From NCBI RefSeq assembly GCF_000315625.1, contig NW_005434479.1, forward strand, positions 11,582-75,581: DNA of 64,000 nt, given 5' to 3'. The position numbers and the translations under genes are program-made. Origin of the DNA: Guillardia theta CCMP2712 (Eukaryota; Protista; Cryptophyta). Of this stretch, positions 1 to 15,826 are shown piece by piece (position 1 is the stretch's first letter; each line of letters opens with the position of its first letter). A model generated the notes under the pieces. It saw only the letters and a list, made by a program, of their open reading frames with translations. It did no database searches and was not told where the DNA came from.

Positions 1-43
1 GAGTTGTAGCGGGAGCAGGAGCAAGATCACAAACCCTTTCTCT

Positions 44-600
44 TTACACCAAGTTTCTCTCTGTGAAGGACAGTGAACTTAGGAATTTCGTAACTTCACC
101 CGCCGTCTGGGCCCACACCGGAGAAAGTGAAAGTTGACGGGCCGCACGGCCCGATCTGATGAGCACTGAGTTGAACTTCGGGCCATCCAAATTTCCAGGC
201 TGGGGGATCGTACCAAAAAGTGGAAGGGTAGTCGTAGAAGGAGTTGGAGGAGGAGGAGAAGAAAAGGTGGTGGTGGGGGGGGGGGGCGTGGTCTGATGCA
301 GAGCAGGCGGAAGGGAAGGAGGGGCGAATGTGTTCACTTGCTTCTGTTATCTCCTTGCTGCACTCAATGCATGTGGACAGAGAGGTGATGTATACTGCCG
401 CATCCGCTGCTGCAGCCTTGCTGTTACTCGTCCTTGTCCTCGTCCTCCTCGTCCCACTTCTTGGTCCTCTCTCTCCTTCTCCTCGTGAGGTCACTTTTGT
501 TTCTTGTTTGCTGAGCAAAAGGTGCAGGTCTTAGATGTCCTCCTCAAGATTCTCACACGTAAGTGCCTGTTTTGTTAATGAGGAGGAGGAGGAGAGGGAT
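44..600 (-). CDS. Probable exons of an unidentified spliced gene running off the window start
   Basis: Non-repetitive peptide SFYDYPSTFWYDPPAWKFGWPEVQLSAHQIGPCGPSTFTFSGVGPDG followed by a GTGAAG donor-like site; no family recognised. Confidence 0.3.
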
Positions 601-976
601 CAGGAGGAGGGGAAGGAGGGGGAGGGGAAGGAGGAGGAGGAGGAGGAGGAGGAGGAGGCACTGAGCATGAGGCAGGCAAGTCGCAGCAAATGCAGGCGAT
701 GAAATGGAGCAAGACATTAACGTTTGAGGATTAAGAAGCCTTTCTTTCTCTTCCTTGCTCCTCCCTCTCTCTCACTTCCCTGTTCTCCTCAAGGTCTCTC
801 AGTTTTTATGAAAACGCAACAGTCCCTTTCCCTTTCCCCCTCCCTCCTCCTCTTCCTCCTCCCTCTTTCCATGAGACTTTCTGCGTATGCTGAGCAGACC
901 ATTGATAACAAACACTATGCCAACTTCTCCTCCTCCTCCTCCTCCTCCTCCTCCCCCTCCTCCTCCTCCTCCTTCT

Positions 977-3918
<2,942 letters not shown>

Positions 3919-5075
3919 TCCCCGATCGCCTTGCGCCTATCCCATTACCCCACCCCTTCATCAAAGACCCCTACCCCCCTTTCTGTGGATGCCATTCCTT
4001 CAGCGAGTAGTGACCTACCAAGTTATTTTCCCATATTTGCATGTAAAAACTACCGGTACTATTTCTCCCTACCCACCTTTTTCCGCTTCTCTGATCATAC
4101 CCCACCCATAGCCTCCTGGTAGCTGCTCCCCCACCCCTTTGTAAGAAGCAATCGAGCTTCATCTGCTGTCTTTGTCCCTTCATATTTAGATACCTGAGGC
4201 GAGCCTGTTGATGGTCATTTCTGCTAACTAAAGTTGTTAATTCTGGACCCAAAACCAAAAATACACCCACCCCCATATTTGCCTTGGTTGTGATCAGAAT
4301 ATAATACCACCCCATGATAAACACCCCACCCCTATGACTACCCATGACAATTTCTATATGAGTACCCTGGAGATGTAGAGGAGAACGAAAAGGGTGGCTA
4401 CCCCCCAGGGGAACAATAGGTACCCTACCCTACATGGTCAATGTTTCGATTTCGCTCTTTTCTGTACCATCATCTCTGAGTTTAGGATAGTTGGACCCTT
4501 ATGTCAACACCACCCTACCCTATCAAACATCACAATTAAAAACGGTATAGTACCGGTACTAATTTGATCATGACCCCTACTGTAATATGCACCCCTCTCC
4601 ACTGTTCCCGCCTGCAAGTTCATGGCAGGGAGGAGACCAGAGCAGGATAGAGGAGGGAAGGCGATGCGATATGGGGGAGGAAGCGGCGGAAGCGGCAGAA
4701 AGAGAGCAAAGTAAAGGAGCTGAAGATGTAGAGAACAGGATGGCAGACCAGGGAGGACGGAGCAAGTGGGCAACGGGTAGCAAGGAATGAGAACGAGGAA
4801 CGAAGGTAGAAAGGAGGCAGATAGGGAGAAGGGGGGCGGGGGCAAGAAAAGGGGCGGGATGATCGATGGAAGAGGGAAATGTAAAGATGAGTTGATGTCG
4901 ATGAAGTTCTACTGCTGGGCAGTCCCGAGTCGATGCCCACAACGATGTGCAATGTGATGGGAGTAGGGAAATAACGGAGTCCTCCATGCCCATGGAACCT
5001 TGCGGGTCAATTTGAATCTCATCAGTGCTGCCTCTGTCAGGTTTACAGTCTGCCAGCTCCCGCCAAGTAGCAGCC

Positions 5076-7259
5076 ATGGCGAATCAAGCCCCCTTGATCA
5101 ACCGGCAGGTGAAACCTACCCTCCTTGATCGTTGGCCGGATTTGGAGATACACCTCTTTACTCTCAGCTCAGGTTGTGCTGGTGGTTGACTCCACCTCGT
5201 ACATGGAACCGTATTGGACCAGCCTGTACAAGAAGTATGAGTGCTGTCCATGCAGTTGAACATCACTTGTGACTCTGCACTCCTAGTTGTATCTACCCTG
5301 CTCTGACCTATCTCGACACACGACACAAGCCTGATACAATCCTCAAGACCGAGTATGCGCTGGTGAGCACGATGGCTTCGAGCTCTTTCCCCTTTCCTTA
5401 CTATCCCTTGCAGGTCTGTTTCTGCGATCATGCTCCATACGGAGACAAAACTATCAAGACCAACTACTTCACAAACAAGCTCCCGCTGTTTGATTCGTGG
5501 GCGAAGTACTCCTCAATCTTTGTGTCCCTTGTATCCATCTGGTGATGACTTGCTGGATAGGAACGTTGAGTTCGTTGGGGGAGGGTATGCACAGAACGCT
5601 GTGACAGAAGGACTCTTTGCAGCACTTGAACTGTTCCCGGAGGTGAAATGAAGAAGGGACTTGACTGTGCGTCTGACTCGTGAAAGAAGAACAGCGAGGG
5701 GAGATCGAGCGAGAAATACATTCTGTTGGCATCCAACTCTCGTCACCATGAGATCCCTTGCAGGTACAAGGTTGCACGTTTCGAGGAGAAGTCCTCTCAT
5801 CTGCTCTCCTCAGATTGGGAGGCTCCGATGCCTCTGACCTTCCTGAGATTGTGAAACGTATCTCGCAAATGGGCGCCATGCTCTCCTGCTTCCTGCCGCA
5901 TACACTCGATCCCCTCAAGTCGACGACTAAGAAGATCTGGGAGGTCCGTGCGGTGGGTCGCTGGGAGGTGTTGTGTGAAGAGCCCTTCAGGCATGCAAGA
6001 CTCCAAATGATGTCTTGAAGGACTTGATCCTTCCAGAAGTAGATCACCAGGTGATCGTCTTGGTCCTTGGCTCTCAGACTGTAAGAGTTGTCAAGGTTTA
6101 TCTTCGTGGGATTCCGTTGGTCACGAGCAAGAACGGCAACCTTGTCCACCCTGCCACGGACAAGCCTGCAAGTACGTTGAGTTTTGTCTCGCTCTCTTCG
6201 TGCTTCTTCTTCCTCTTATCGTGCTTCCTTTTCTCTTCCTTCATGTCTCCTCCTCCTCCTCCTCCTCCTCCTCCTCCTCCTCCTCCTCCTCCTCTTGTTT
6301 CCACTCATTGAAATTCTTTTCAGCAACTCCCGTCGGCACCACAGCGATCCCAGCAACCGGCATCTCTGCCCAAACTATCAACCCTCCTCAAGTGGGCACC
6401 ACACCGCCAACCGCGCAGCGTATTCCTCAGACTCTCCCGACTCAGGCGCAACCCACAGTGGGCCAGGTACATGAGCCTCCGATCTTTGACGCCCTCACTC
6501 CTCTTTACTCCTTCACAGAAACGCGAGCGGGAGGACATACCGATGGCGGCAAAACCCGGCACGACTCTTCCTGGGCAACCACCCAACAAGCTTGCTCGCC
6601 CTGGAGTACCGGTCAGCCCACCTCCCGCTGCACCAAATCTGATTATCCTGATAGAACATTCCTTCCTCGAGCCCCGTCGTTCCCTCCCATCTGCCGGCGG
6701 TAGCGCCTGTGCGCCTCCTGTCCGTTGACTTGTGATGTCTTGCCTTAGGGCCAAGCGCAGGCGTCAGTTGCCTCCAGCAGCCCCGGCATGCCCAACCCCT
6801 CGCAACCTGCTACATCTCAGCCAGTAGCTTCTCAGGCAGCAGCTACGGCAGGAGGATACCGACCTGGTAGGGTTGCTGGACTTGGGACGACGATCTGAGA
6901 TTGTTTGCTCCCTTGGTCAGGCATGACCCCCGCTCAACAAGCTGCGGCCAATCGGAGTCAAGCTGTGCAACAGCAGCAGCTGTAAGATCTTGACTCTTCC
7001 TCCTGCTGCCGATGACTTGAAATCACAGCAATCAACGTCAAGCACAACAGCAGGCACAGCAGCAGGCTCAACAGCAAGCCTCGCAGGCAACCCTACTTCT
7101 TGTCTTGCCCTTCACTGCTTCTTTCCTGCTCGCACACGCCCTCTCCCCCTTCGTTCTCTATCCTCCATGAGAGTTCAGTAGTTCTCATTCCAGGTCTTTT
7201 TCAGGCCATGTTGAACCAACCGTACAAAGCTGGAGTTCCTGGACAGGTCCCCGGGCAGG

Positions 7260-7297
<38 letters not shown>

Positions 7298-9209
7298 ATA
7301 GCGAGTTTAAGAATGATGATGATTGGAATCAAAGCGGGTGTGGAGATGGAGATTGATTGTAAGAGAGTGGTCGTGAAGTAGTGAATTTCATGTGATGGTT
7401 TTCATCATCTGTGGTCTGTGAGATGATATGTAACGCCATCCTACGTGTTTCTCTTTCCTTACCCGTGTCTGTGTAGGTTCAGACTGCACAGCAGCAGGTA
7501 TCGTCTTCGTCGAAACTTGATCCTCCCCCTCCTGATGAGACGCTAGCGGCATGGTGCCCATCCTATCAATCAGCCGACACCCCCGCAGCCTTCCATGCAC
7601 GTCTCGTCTCAGGTGAAGAAGTTCATTCTTTTCGCATCGGAGATGGAGATTGGATCTCTCAGATGCAGAAGACGACCATGCAAGGAGGGCAGCTTCCTCC
7701 GAATCCCCAGGCAGCTGGTCAACAGGTGGTCTATGGGAGAATTCGTGGTACAGTTTGACGAGCTTGTTACAGATCATGAGAACCTCGTCTACGGACAAGA
7801 CGGGAGCTCCTGTGCCCATCAACACTTTCAATGTTGTGTATCCCGTGGCTGCTGCAGGCAAGACATGACTCCGTGTACACAGCAACTTGTATGGAAGGGA
7901 AACTTTATCACTCTCAAGGAAGGGAACCAAGAGACTTTCTGTTCAGGTAGCTGCGATGCTTTTTTCTTCCCTCCCTCCTGTCTTGCGAGTCTTTTGTCCT
8001 TGACGTTTGCCTAGCGTACGGATACGTTGCTCTGCATCCTAACGCGCCGCCTGAAGCCAAGGACAGGGTGCAATCGATGTTTCCGGTGTTTCTGCTCCGA
8101 TCCCATCCTCTTGTGTATGACGATGGAGCAGCCGTTGACAAGTGGGGACAGTCCTCCCATGGAAATCAAGAAATTCGAAGTCAGCCCTCACATCCTACCT
8201 ACATCCTACTTCCCCGTTGACTTTATGTCAGGATGCTTCCAAGCTCCCCGACTGGCAGGGCTTGTGCTTGTGCTTCACCGAGCAGCCGGTGAGCATCAGC
8301 GAAATGACGTAGCCGAGGGATGATAAGAACTGCAGGGGCCCGATGGAGCTCCCAACGACAAGTTCAGGAAGCTGCATCTCTCTCTTACCAAGCACAACAA
8401 GTTCGCCTACGTCATCGCAAACACTGTCTGCCAACTGCTCCTGCTCTCTCTCATCTTACCCTGCCATCCAGCAAGGAGCTCCGCGAATCTTCGCGTTGAC
8501 CCCCGACGGCAACCCCAAGGTCTGCAGCTCACGCATTCCCCCCCCTCCCCCCCCTGACTGCTGCTGCTGCAACAGAACGCGAACTCGACGGACTGGAAAC
8601 TATTCGGCATCATTGTTCAGGTTCATTTCCTCGCTTCCTCTGCACTGAGGTCGCTAATGCTCTTCTCGACCATCAGAGGCGTCAAGCTCAGCCTGGTCAG
8701 CCAGGGGTAAAGGTCTTCCTCCGAGGATACTGCAGGACCTGATGTCGCTCCCAGCAGCAGCCCGGGCAGCCGCAAACTCACCAGCAGCCTCCTCAGGGTC
8801 AGCAAGCCATGGCGCAGGCTCAGGTTTCATGCCCCTTATCCTCCTTCCTGCCCTCATCCTCTGCGTCAGCGGCAGTATCCTGGAGGAGCAGCCGGCAACC
8901 CTGGGGTGATGCCGGCGCACATGCAAGGTGAGCAGGGAAGGGAACGGAAGAGAAGAGCTGAGACGCTTCCAGGGAGACAACCTGTGCAGCAGGGGAGGCC
9001 AGGGTCCGTGCCCATGGCGCCAGGTATGAGCTGGGGACGCTGAGGTGACGGAGTGACGCGTGTGCTCAGGCGTAGCGCAACATCAGCCCTACATGAGTAA
9101 GTGGAGGGGGGCGCCGACGCCCTCGGAGGCTGGAGGAATTGGAGCTAATGTTGGTTTTGCGTCAGATATGCCAGGGCGAGGTGGAGCACAGCGACCCAAG
9201 GGGAGGTAG
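5076..9209 (+). CDS. MED25: Mediator complex subunit 25 (PFT1/MED25-like), many short exons
   Basis: Spliced N-terminus MANQAPLINRQ|VVLVVDSTSYMEPYWTSLYKN|CIYPAL...EYAL|VCFCDHAPY...FDSWAK|NVEFVGGGYAQNAVTEGLFAALELF matches the MED25 VWA domain; Q/P-rich middle; ACID-like pieces QLVWKGNFITL, KFRKLHLSLTKH, WKLFGIIVQ; TAG at 9207-9209. Confidence 0.85.
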
Positions 9210-9941
9210 TGACAGGAAGGCATGCCTGAGCGGAGTGCAGCTGCTGAGTAGGAGGCTGAGACGGTACGGGTAGAACTTCGGAACAAGCCCGAGTCCCGGA
9301 CTGGAGTCCCGGCGGACTCCGGCGGGCCGGGAGGCTCCCGGACCGTACGACTCACTGCCGCTGGCCCGGAACCGTCTTAGTAAAGTACTATAGTAGACTG
9401 TCGGTCACTGTGACGCCCCGAGTCTGCTCATTCATGCATGAACTTAGCCGGGCCTTACTGCACTTAGCCTTCCCGGCCCTGACCCGGAGCGGCAGCACTG
9501 CGGCAGCCTTCAAGGCTTACTCGCCTGAATTCACTGCCGGCCTCCGGGCCGTCGCCGCCGCCGCCCAGCCCATAGCGCTATGCGGTCACGGAAGTTGCTA
9601 CTAGCCAGCTACTAGCGCCTAGTCGCTGCGGCCGGGCGGGCCCGATAACGTCTTAAACCGTCTGCGAGGTCAACGCAAAAGTACTTGGCTGATGAATTTT
9701 GAAAATAAACGACATGGATCGTATTTTCTTTGGTAATATTTCAAAACTCTAGAAACAAATCTGCAAATTTTGTTTATGTAAAAGTGCCAACTCCAAAGGG
9801 CAGTGCGCGAAGAGCCATCAGATCAAAATGACCCTACCGCCGGGATTGGTAACATACTACCCCCTACCCCCAATAAAAAATGGCATTACCCATCTCATAT
9901 GGGGTGATCATACTACCCCTTACCCTCTAGGGCTACCGACA

Positions 9942-11424
9942 ATGGCTGGATCAGTACGAGGGCCTTTGGGGATGGCGGCGGCGACGCTGGCAATGCTGAT
10001 GGCAGGAGCCGCCCTGACTGCTCTTGTTGCACATTCGGTAAGAACGTGAGAAGAAGAGTGCGTGAAGATGCGAAAGAGGATTGAGGACATGGAGGATTCC
10101 GCCAAAGGAAATGGAGGGTCTGAAAGAAATTTGAGTGCAATGCAACTTGGATTGCATGTAGCTTGAGCATGTTGTGTAGCAAGATATAGTCGTGTTTTTG
10201 ATTGCTGAATGGATGAACAGAACATGTGTTGTTGTATTGTGAAGAACATCTCTTGTTGTCCTTGGACGTATCTCCTGTTTGCTTGTGGAATGAGGATTTC
10301 CAACCAAACCTAGGACTCACATTGTGCTGTTCCCATCTCATGGTGTTCTTACCTCGATTTCATAATTGTAAATGGTCGTCGCATGATCCTTCCTTGTGAT
10401 CTTAGTTGAATTCTTTGTGATGTTTGCAATTTTCTTCTGCCACACTGTTGAACAACTGTGTCTCTCGCATAGCTTGTCTCATACACTTGTTTTATAAATG
10501 TCCTCCTGACTGAAATATTAGTGGTCGATGATGTAGAACATGTCTTCTGTGCCAAATGCATTTTTCCTGTGCATTTCTGACCTCACAACTCTGGCAGCAA
10601 TACAATTCCAGTGGCGTTAGGACCGAGCTTGCATCGATGAACAGGAGACAGCGCTTCACAATGTTGGACCATTTGGATGCAGGAGAGAGCGCCGATGGAG
10701 AGTATGAGGATCAGACTGGAGACGGATATGAGTGCTGCTGGCATGCTCCTAACCCAAAGCTTGCAAGGTATTCCTGATTCTCCTCTCTACTCCTGTCCTC
10801 TTCATCCCAAATGCTTTCCCACACAACTTTAGGGTCGTCCTATAGCTCAACTTGCTCGTCTGCATATGCTGCTACGATGACCCTGTTGCCCTCACTACTC
10901 TAACTTGAACCTCGTGCAGCACCACTGTCGCTTCCAAGGTTGGACCCAACGGATGGGGCTCCAAGGCAGATGCTGATGGTTCTGTCGACCACTACACCAA
11001 CGCTCTCGGAGATGTGAGGATTGTTGATCCTGTCTTCTTCCTCCTCCCTCTCACTTCTTGTCTTGCTATGTTGCATGCTGTACATTTGCAACTGCGGCAC
11101 CTGTCTGTTTGCCAATGATGTTTGTCGTTCACCTTCAACAGCTTACTTCGCTCGATCACAATTCCAGTATCATTGTTTGTCTTTCTCTGTTGTGTTTTCT
11201 TTCCTTGTTGCTTGTACACTTTGTTTTACATCCACTCCTTGTTGGTCCCTGTGATCGTGGTCGAAGAAGATTTCCATGCTCTCATCATGTACTTACTTGA
11301 CTCTGCCAAGGTCCCCGAGTGGGTCTTCAAGGGCACTGCCGATCATCAGTGGAAGGACTACGACTCGGTGTACGGGCAGCAGTGGTATGAGAACACTTAT
11401 CCCTCCGGCGAGTCAGGCATTTAA
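9942..11424 (+). CDS. Small hypothetical spliced protein with N-terminal hydrophobic anchor or signal
   Basis: MAGSVRGPLGMAAATLAMLMAGAALTALVAHS|GTAAG donor; later exons QYNSSGVRTELASMNRRQRFTMLDH..., TTVASKVGPNGWGSKADADGSVDHYTNALGD|, VPEWVFKGTADHQWKDYDSVYGQQWYENTYPSGESGI*. Confidence 0.6.
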
Positions 11425-11800
11425 AGCTGCTCTATTTCCTGAGCGTGTGCAAGTAAAGACTTGAAAACTCATGGCGGCTGTGGACTAGGAATCAATGCGG
11501 ACGAGTGTGTTGTCCTGGGATCGGCAATAATGTCATGCTGACTTGACATCTGCTTACTTCATCGTCAACTGAGTCACACATCAACTTGTATCTCATCACC
11601 ATGATCGTCATCGTCATCGTCCGTCCTTCTTCCGTCCCCGTCCCTCTCCCATGCTCATGGTTCCGACACTCACTCCATCACCCTACCCCCTGGTATACTT
11701 TGAATACCCTCACCCCCTGAACAACAGGAAAATAACCCCTCCTCAGAGAATCTTTTGACTGACCCTACCCCTCATCATCCAATTCCCGCCAAGGGCGATC

Positions 11801-13222
11801 ATGGCGGGATCGCTTCGTACCCGCATAGCAAGCTCAGGAGGAGCCGCGTCGCCGTCCTCCACTGCAGGGTCAACCTCCTCCTCCTCCTTTCGGTCTTCAA
11901 ACACCACCAGTTCTCTCCCATCATGCTCTTCTTCCTCTACCCCTTCGCCCTCCTCCTCGTCTCAAAGTAAGCCACGAGCTTCGCATCCATACTCCAATCG
12001 ATCGGATCATTGCCGATCGGAAACCAACAGCACACACTATGCTTATCAATCGAAATCTTGCAAGTCATGCACAGCGTCCTCTTCAACTTCGTCATCATCA
12101 GTATCATCTTCCTCTTCCCCTGTCCCCTCTGAGATAATCTACTCTCCCGCCTCTCCATTCAAGATAAGCTCCTCTCCTCCGTTTTCAGTGCCTTCTCCAG
12201 ATGATTCTCGATACTCTCTATCATCGGGCCAGAGTCTTCGAGCCCCTCTGGATGTCTCGCATGCTCGCAAAAATCGATTCAGCATTGCAAGGAAGTCGAA
12301 ACGAGGCAGCAGTTTGACAACCATGGTGAAGGAGGAGACGCCTTGGATCAAGACATGTGGGGATCCCTGGTGGATAGAGCTGATAGGAGGCAAGGGAGGT
12401 AAATCAGGAGAATGTTTTGAGAATAAGTTTGACAGCAAGGAGCAAGGGAGGAGAGTAACGTTTGATCCGAGCCATGCGAGGAAAGAAGAAGGGGGTGATT
12501 GCTGGACAAAGAGCAGGAATTTCTTTGGGAAGCGCAGATCAGCTATGATTTTCTCGAATTTGGAGAGAATGCTAGAGGAGGCAGAGGAGGTCCTTGATCC
12601 TCCTCGCGTGCAGCTGAAGGAAGCATCGCCGCGTGAAGGCGACGGGCACTGTAGAATGATCGACTGGGTTCTGGAAGCTGAGGAGGGGAAGGAGACGGAA
12701 AGAGAAAACGCAGAAGATGAAAATTTAGAGAGTGTCTGCGATAACAAGAGCGTCCAATCACCGTCTGAAAGCTCAGAGCAACCGTCTTCTTCGCACAGTC
12801 AAGACATCCTTGGTGATCAGCAAGCAGGTGGGTTGGTTTGATTCCATTGGAGCGTCCATTGACTTCCCAACAGCTAGACGGGTCGAGGATGATGAAGAGA
12901 AACTCAAGACTTCACTGAGCAACGCCATTGACATCTGCCTGCAGCAGTGCAGGGCAATCATGGAGCTCCAGGTGGTGGAAGAGAAACAGTTCTCCTGCTC
13001 CCTCACATCCTCTTGCAGAGTGCGAACCAGCGACTGGTGGCTGGATGGAACATGGCGAGAGAGCAACTGATAACGGAACGGGAGAGGAACTCGAGCTTGC
13101 AAGCACTTCTGACCGAGAAAGACGAAGAGATCGCTCTCTGGAGAAAGATAGTAGAACAACTTGATGGCAGACTAGCAAGCATGGAGAAACATGACCCAAA
13201 TCGTTCGTTCGATGAACAATAG
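11801..13222 (+). CDS. Hypothetical Ser-rich protein with C-terminal coiled coil (3 exons)
   Basis: 346-aa ORF, then two ~45-50 nt GT-AG introns joining ..RVEDDEEKLKTSLSNAIDICLQQCRAIMELQ and SANQRLVAGWNMAREQLITERERNSSLQALLTEKDEEIALW..*. Confidence 0.6.
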
Positions 13223-13480
13223 TTTGTTTGTGTATGACTACAACCTAGACAAGAGTAACTGATCAATTCGTTTCCCAGTAAGGGAGAATCTATGAAAGGT
13301 GCATGAGAACCGAAGGATCTCGGCAAGATTGCATGTAACATGTTTCATATACAAGAACCAGATTGAAGAGATCCAAGCTTCAGCTGAATCACTGACATAG
13401 ATATCATTAAAGAGATCTCGCAGAGCATTGAATGAATAAAAATGTTTAATTGAAACAGGTACAACAGAAAAAATAATGAT

Positions 13481-13912
13481 CTAGATGCTGTTCTTGCGTT
13501 TGGAAATCGCAGAGCTCAGATTGTTGAGAAGGAGGTTGGGAGGTCCAGAGCAATTCACTTTCAGAGAGACCTTGGACATGAGCTGCTCAACCTGATCAAC
13601 AGGGTCGTTGGGAATCTCGATTATGTCGATGAGCTCCTGATGGCGATGCGGGATGTCCTCCTCCTCCTCCTCCTCGCTGGACTGAAACTCCTCATCCTCG
13701 TCGAACTTGCGCTTCTTGGAGGCCTTGGCTTGGAGGAGACATTCAAGATTCTTGTGATCGCCGTAAATTTCACGGGTGTCCTCGTTGGAGGACGAGTCTG
13801 TGCCGCTGAAGAAGACAGCAGCAGCAATCTGCTCGTCCTCAAAGGAATGGAGATCATCGAGGGTCTCGTCACGATCAATACAATCGCACGAGAGGTTGTC
13901 AAACGCACTCAT
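13481..13912 (-). CDS. Hypothetical acidic protein, 143 aa, intronless
   Basis: ATG-started ORF, GC-biased third positions, basic patch KASKKRKF, AT-rich 3' flank, TATA-like TATATA upstream at ~14010. Confidence 0.65.
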   Translation of the reverse strand: MSAFDNLSCDCIDRDETLDDLHSFEDEQIAAAVFFSGTDSSSNEDTREIYGDHKNLECLLQAKASKKRKFDEDEEFQSSEEEEEEDIPHRHQELIDIIEIPNDPVDQVEQLMSKVSLKVNCSGPPNLLLNNLSSAISKRKNSI

Positions 13913-15826
13913 CTTGCTTGCAAGTAGACTATGGGTAAGGGATGGGAGAGCACGAGTGTGTGAGGGAAAGATGGAAGAAGATTCTGCTGTTAAGGGTTGT
14001 TTGAGCTAGATATATAGACACGGGGGGAGGCGCTAGAATACCAGGGGTGGTGACACTGCCTTTGCCCTCGTACCCTACTATTTCCTCCTCGTGCTTTTAG
14101 TACCGGTTCATTTCTATGCGAATTGTTCTTTATGCGTAGGGTAGTTGAAAGACATTTGGTGTGATGGAAAGGCAGTTGTGCAGTTGATGGGGTAGTGGGG
14201 GTGCCAGGGTAGTATTACGAGGGTGGTATCTGTGGGGTGCGCTCGACTCGAGCGAGCAATTGCATTGTTCCTTCTTGGGAGGGGGTAGGGTGATGAGGGA
14301 GGGCGTAGGGGTAGGTAGTCATTTTATTGATTACCCCTACAATATCGGTGAACTATGGGGGTATTTGACTCATTTGTTGGAACAGGAGGGTGTGAGGAAT
14401 GGTGTTGAAGATCGATACCTGGGGTGGGTAGTTGGGGTTGAAGCGTGAGCAGCGATGAGCTCTCCAGGGCTCCGAGCGGATTGAGACCACGGGTACCACA
14501 ATCTGGTACAGATTGGGGTGGTGGTGGTCTTAAATATACCAGGGGTATCATAATATTTACACGACCTGGCATGAGCCATGTCTTCTATATGATTTGTTGG
14601 GATTGTGTACCCCTCCTTTGATAACACTTTCCTCTTTAAGCTCTGGTTAGCCCTCCCATGCCGTGACTGATTTGAATCGTCACGGAAAGTTTGGGCAAGG
14701 ACTCTTACCCACCCCTCCATAACCAGATTCTAGAGGTACCAAGGAGGATCTCTGTAATCACCAGGGTCTATTTCGAAGAGTTGCATGTTTGGGACATGAA
14801 AATAGGGGTCGACACGGGGTACAGTGTTGAAACGTTGCTAAAGAGGTATATTTCGATTTGACCATCAAGGTCTGATGGTATCTCTTTACGAAACGAGATG
14901 TTTTCATATCAAGAGATCACGTATCGGCACTGGGCTCCGGGATACCCTCTTCGCTCGGAGCACGGTTTCATAAAAGTCCGCCCCAGATATTACACTTGGG
15001 CAGAGAAGACAGAAACTAAACCGTATAGTTCTGTCTTTTGTAGTCTCGGGCTCGCCTCCGGTCAGTGCAAACGAAAGGTAAATCTATTAGAAGACAACCT
15101 GCCTCAGAGGACATATAGAACGTTTGATAAGACAGCAATTTTCTTGAGGATATGATGAGGGGAGTTCGGCGAAGACAGCCCAGTAGCTCTTGCGATGCGG
15201 AACTCACCAAGCTAGACGCCTACTGAGGTCCTGGGGTTGATGTGGGGGGAGAGGTTGAGCAAGTTAGAGAGGTTGAGTAAGTCAGAGAGGTTGAGCAAGT
15301 CAGTTGGAGCGGCGCCGATCGGGGATCTCGAAGACAGAGGGTCATCGATGAGCTTGTGAGGTACTGCGGTCATTTCGGAGAACAAGAGGGCGAGTTTGTA
15401 CAACATGTGAATAAACGATGATGTCTAGCAGTTGAACATGAATTCTGCTGAATGCATGTGAAGTTTGGGGAACGTGAGACGAGGTTGTCATATAGCGCGA
15501 AACAATTGTATCGATGACTTGTGTTTTACTTGAGTCCAATACGAACAAGTGCCAGTGGCCATGTTCGAAATGGATTCATGCGGGGATTCAGTACAGAAGA
15601 CTCATGGCATCTTGGTCTTCTTGGAATGAAGAGTGTATCAGGATTCTTGAGAGCGAGTGAGCCCATGGCGACAGGAAGAACATTCATTCAATGATAAGCA
15701 TCATTGCAGAGCTTGCACTGAAGGGCAGTCTCAGCATGATTCATGTGAGGAAATCACATATCCGAGAATGTCCCCTCCTACTCTCTCCTGCTCTTCACAC
15801 GGGTTGCATTCCTGACTGGCAGCGCG

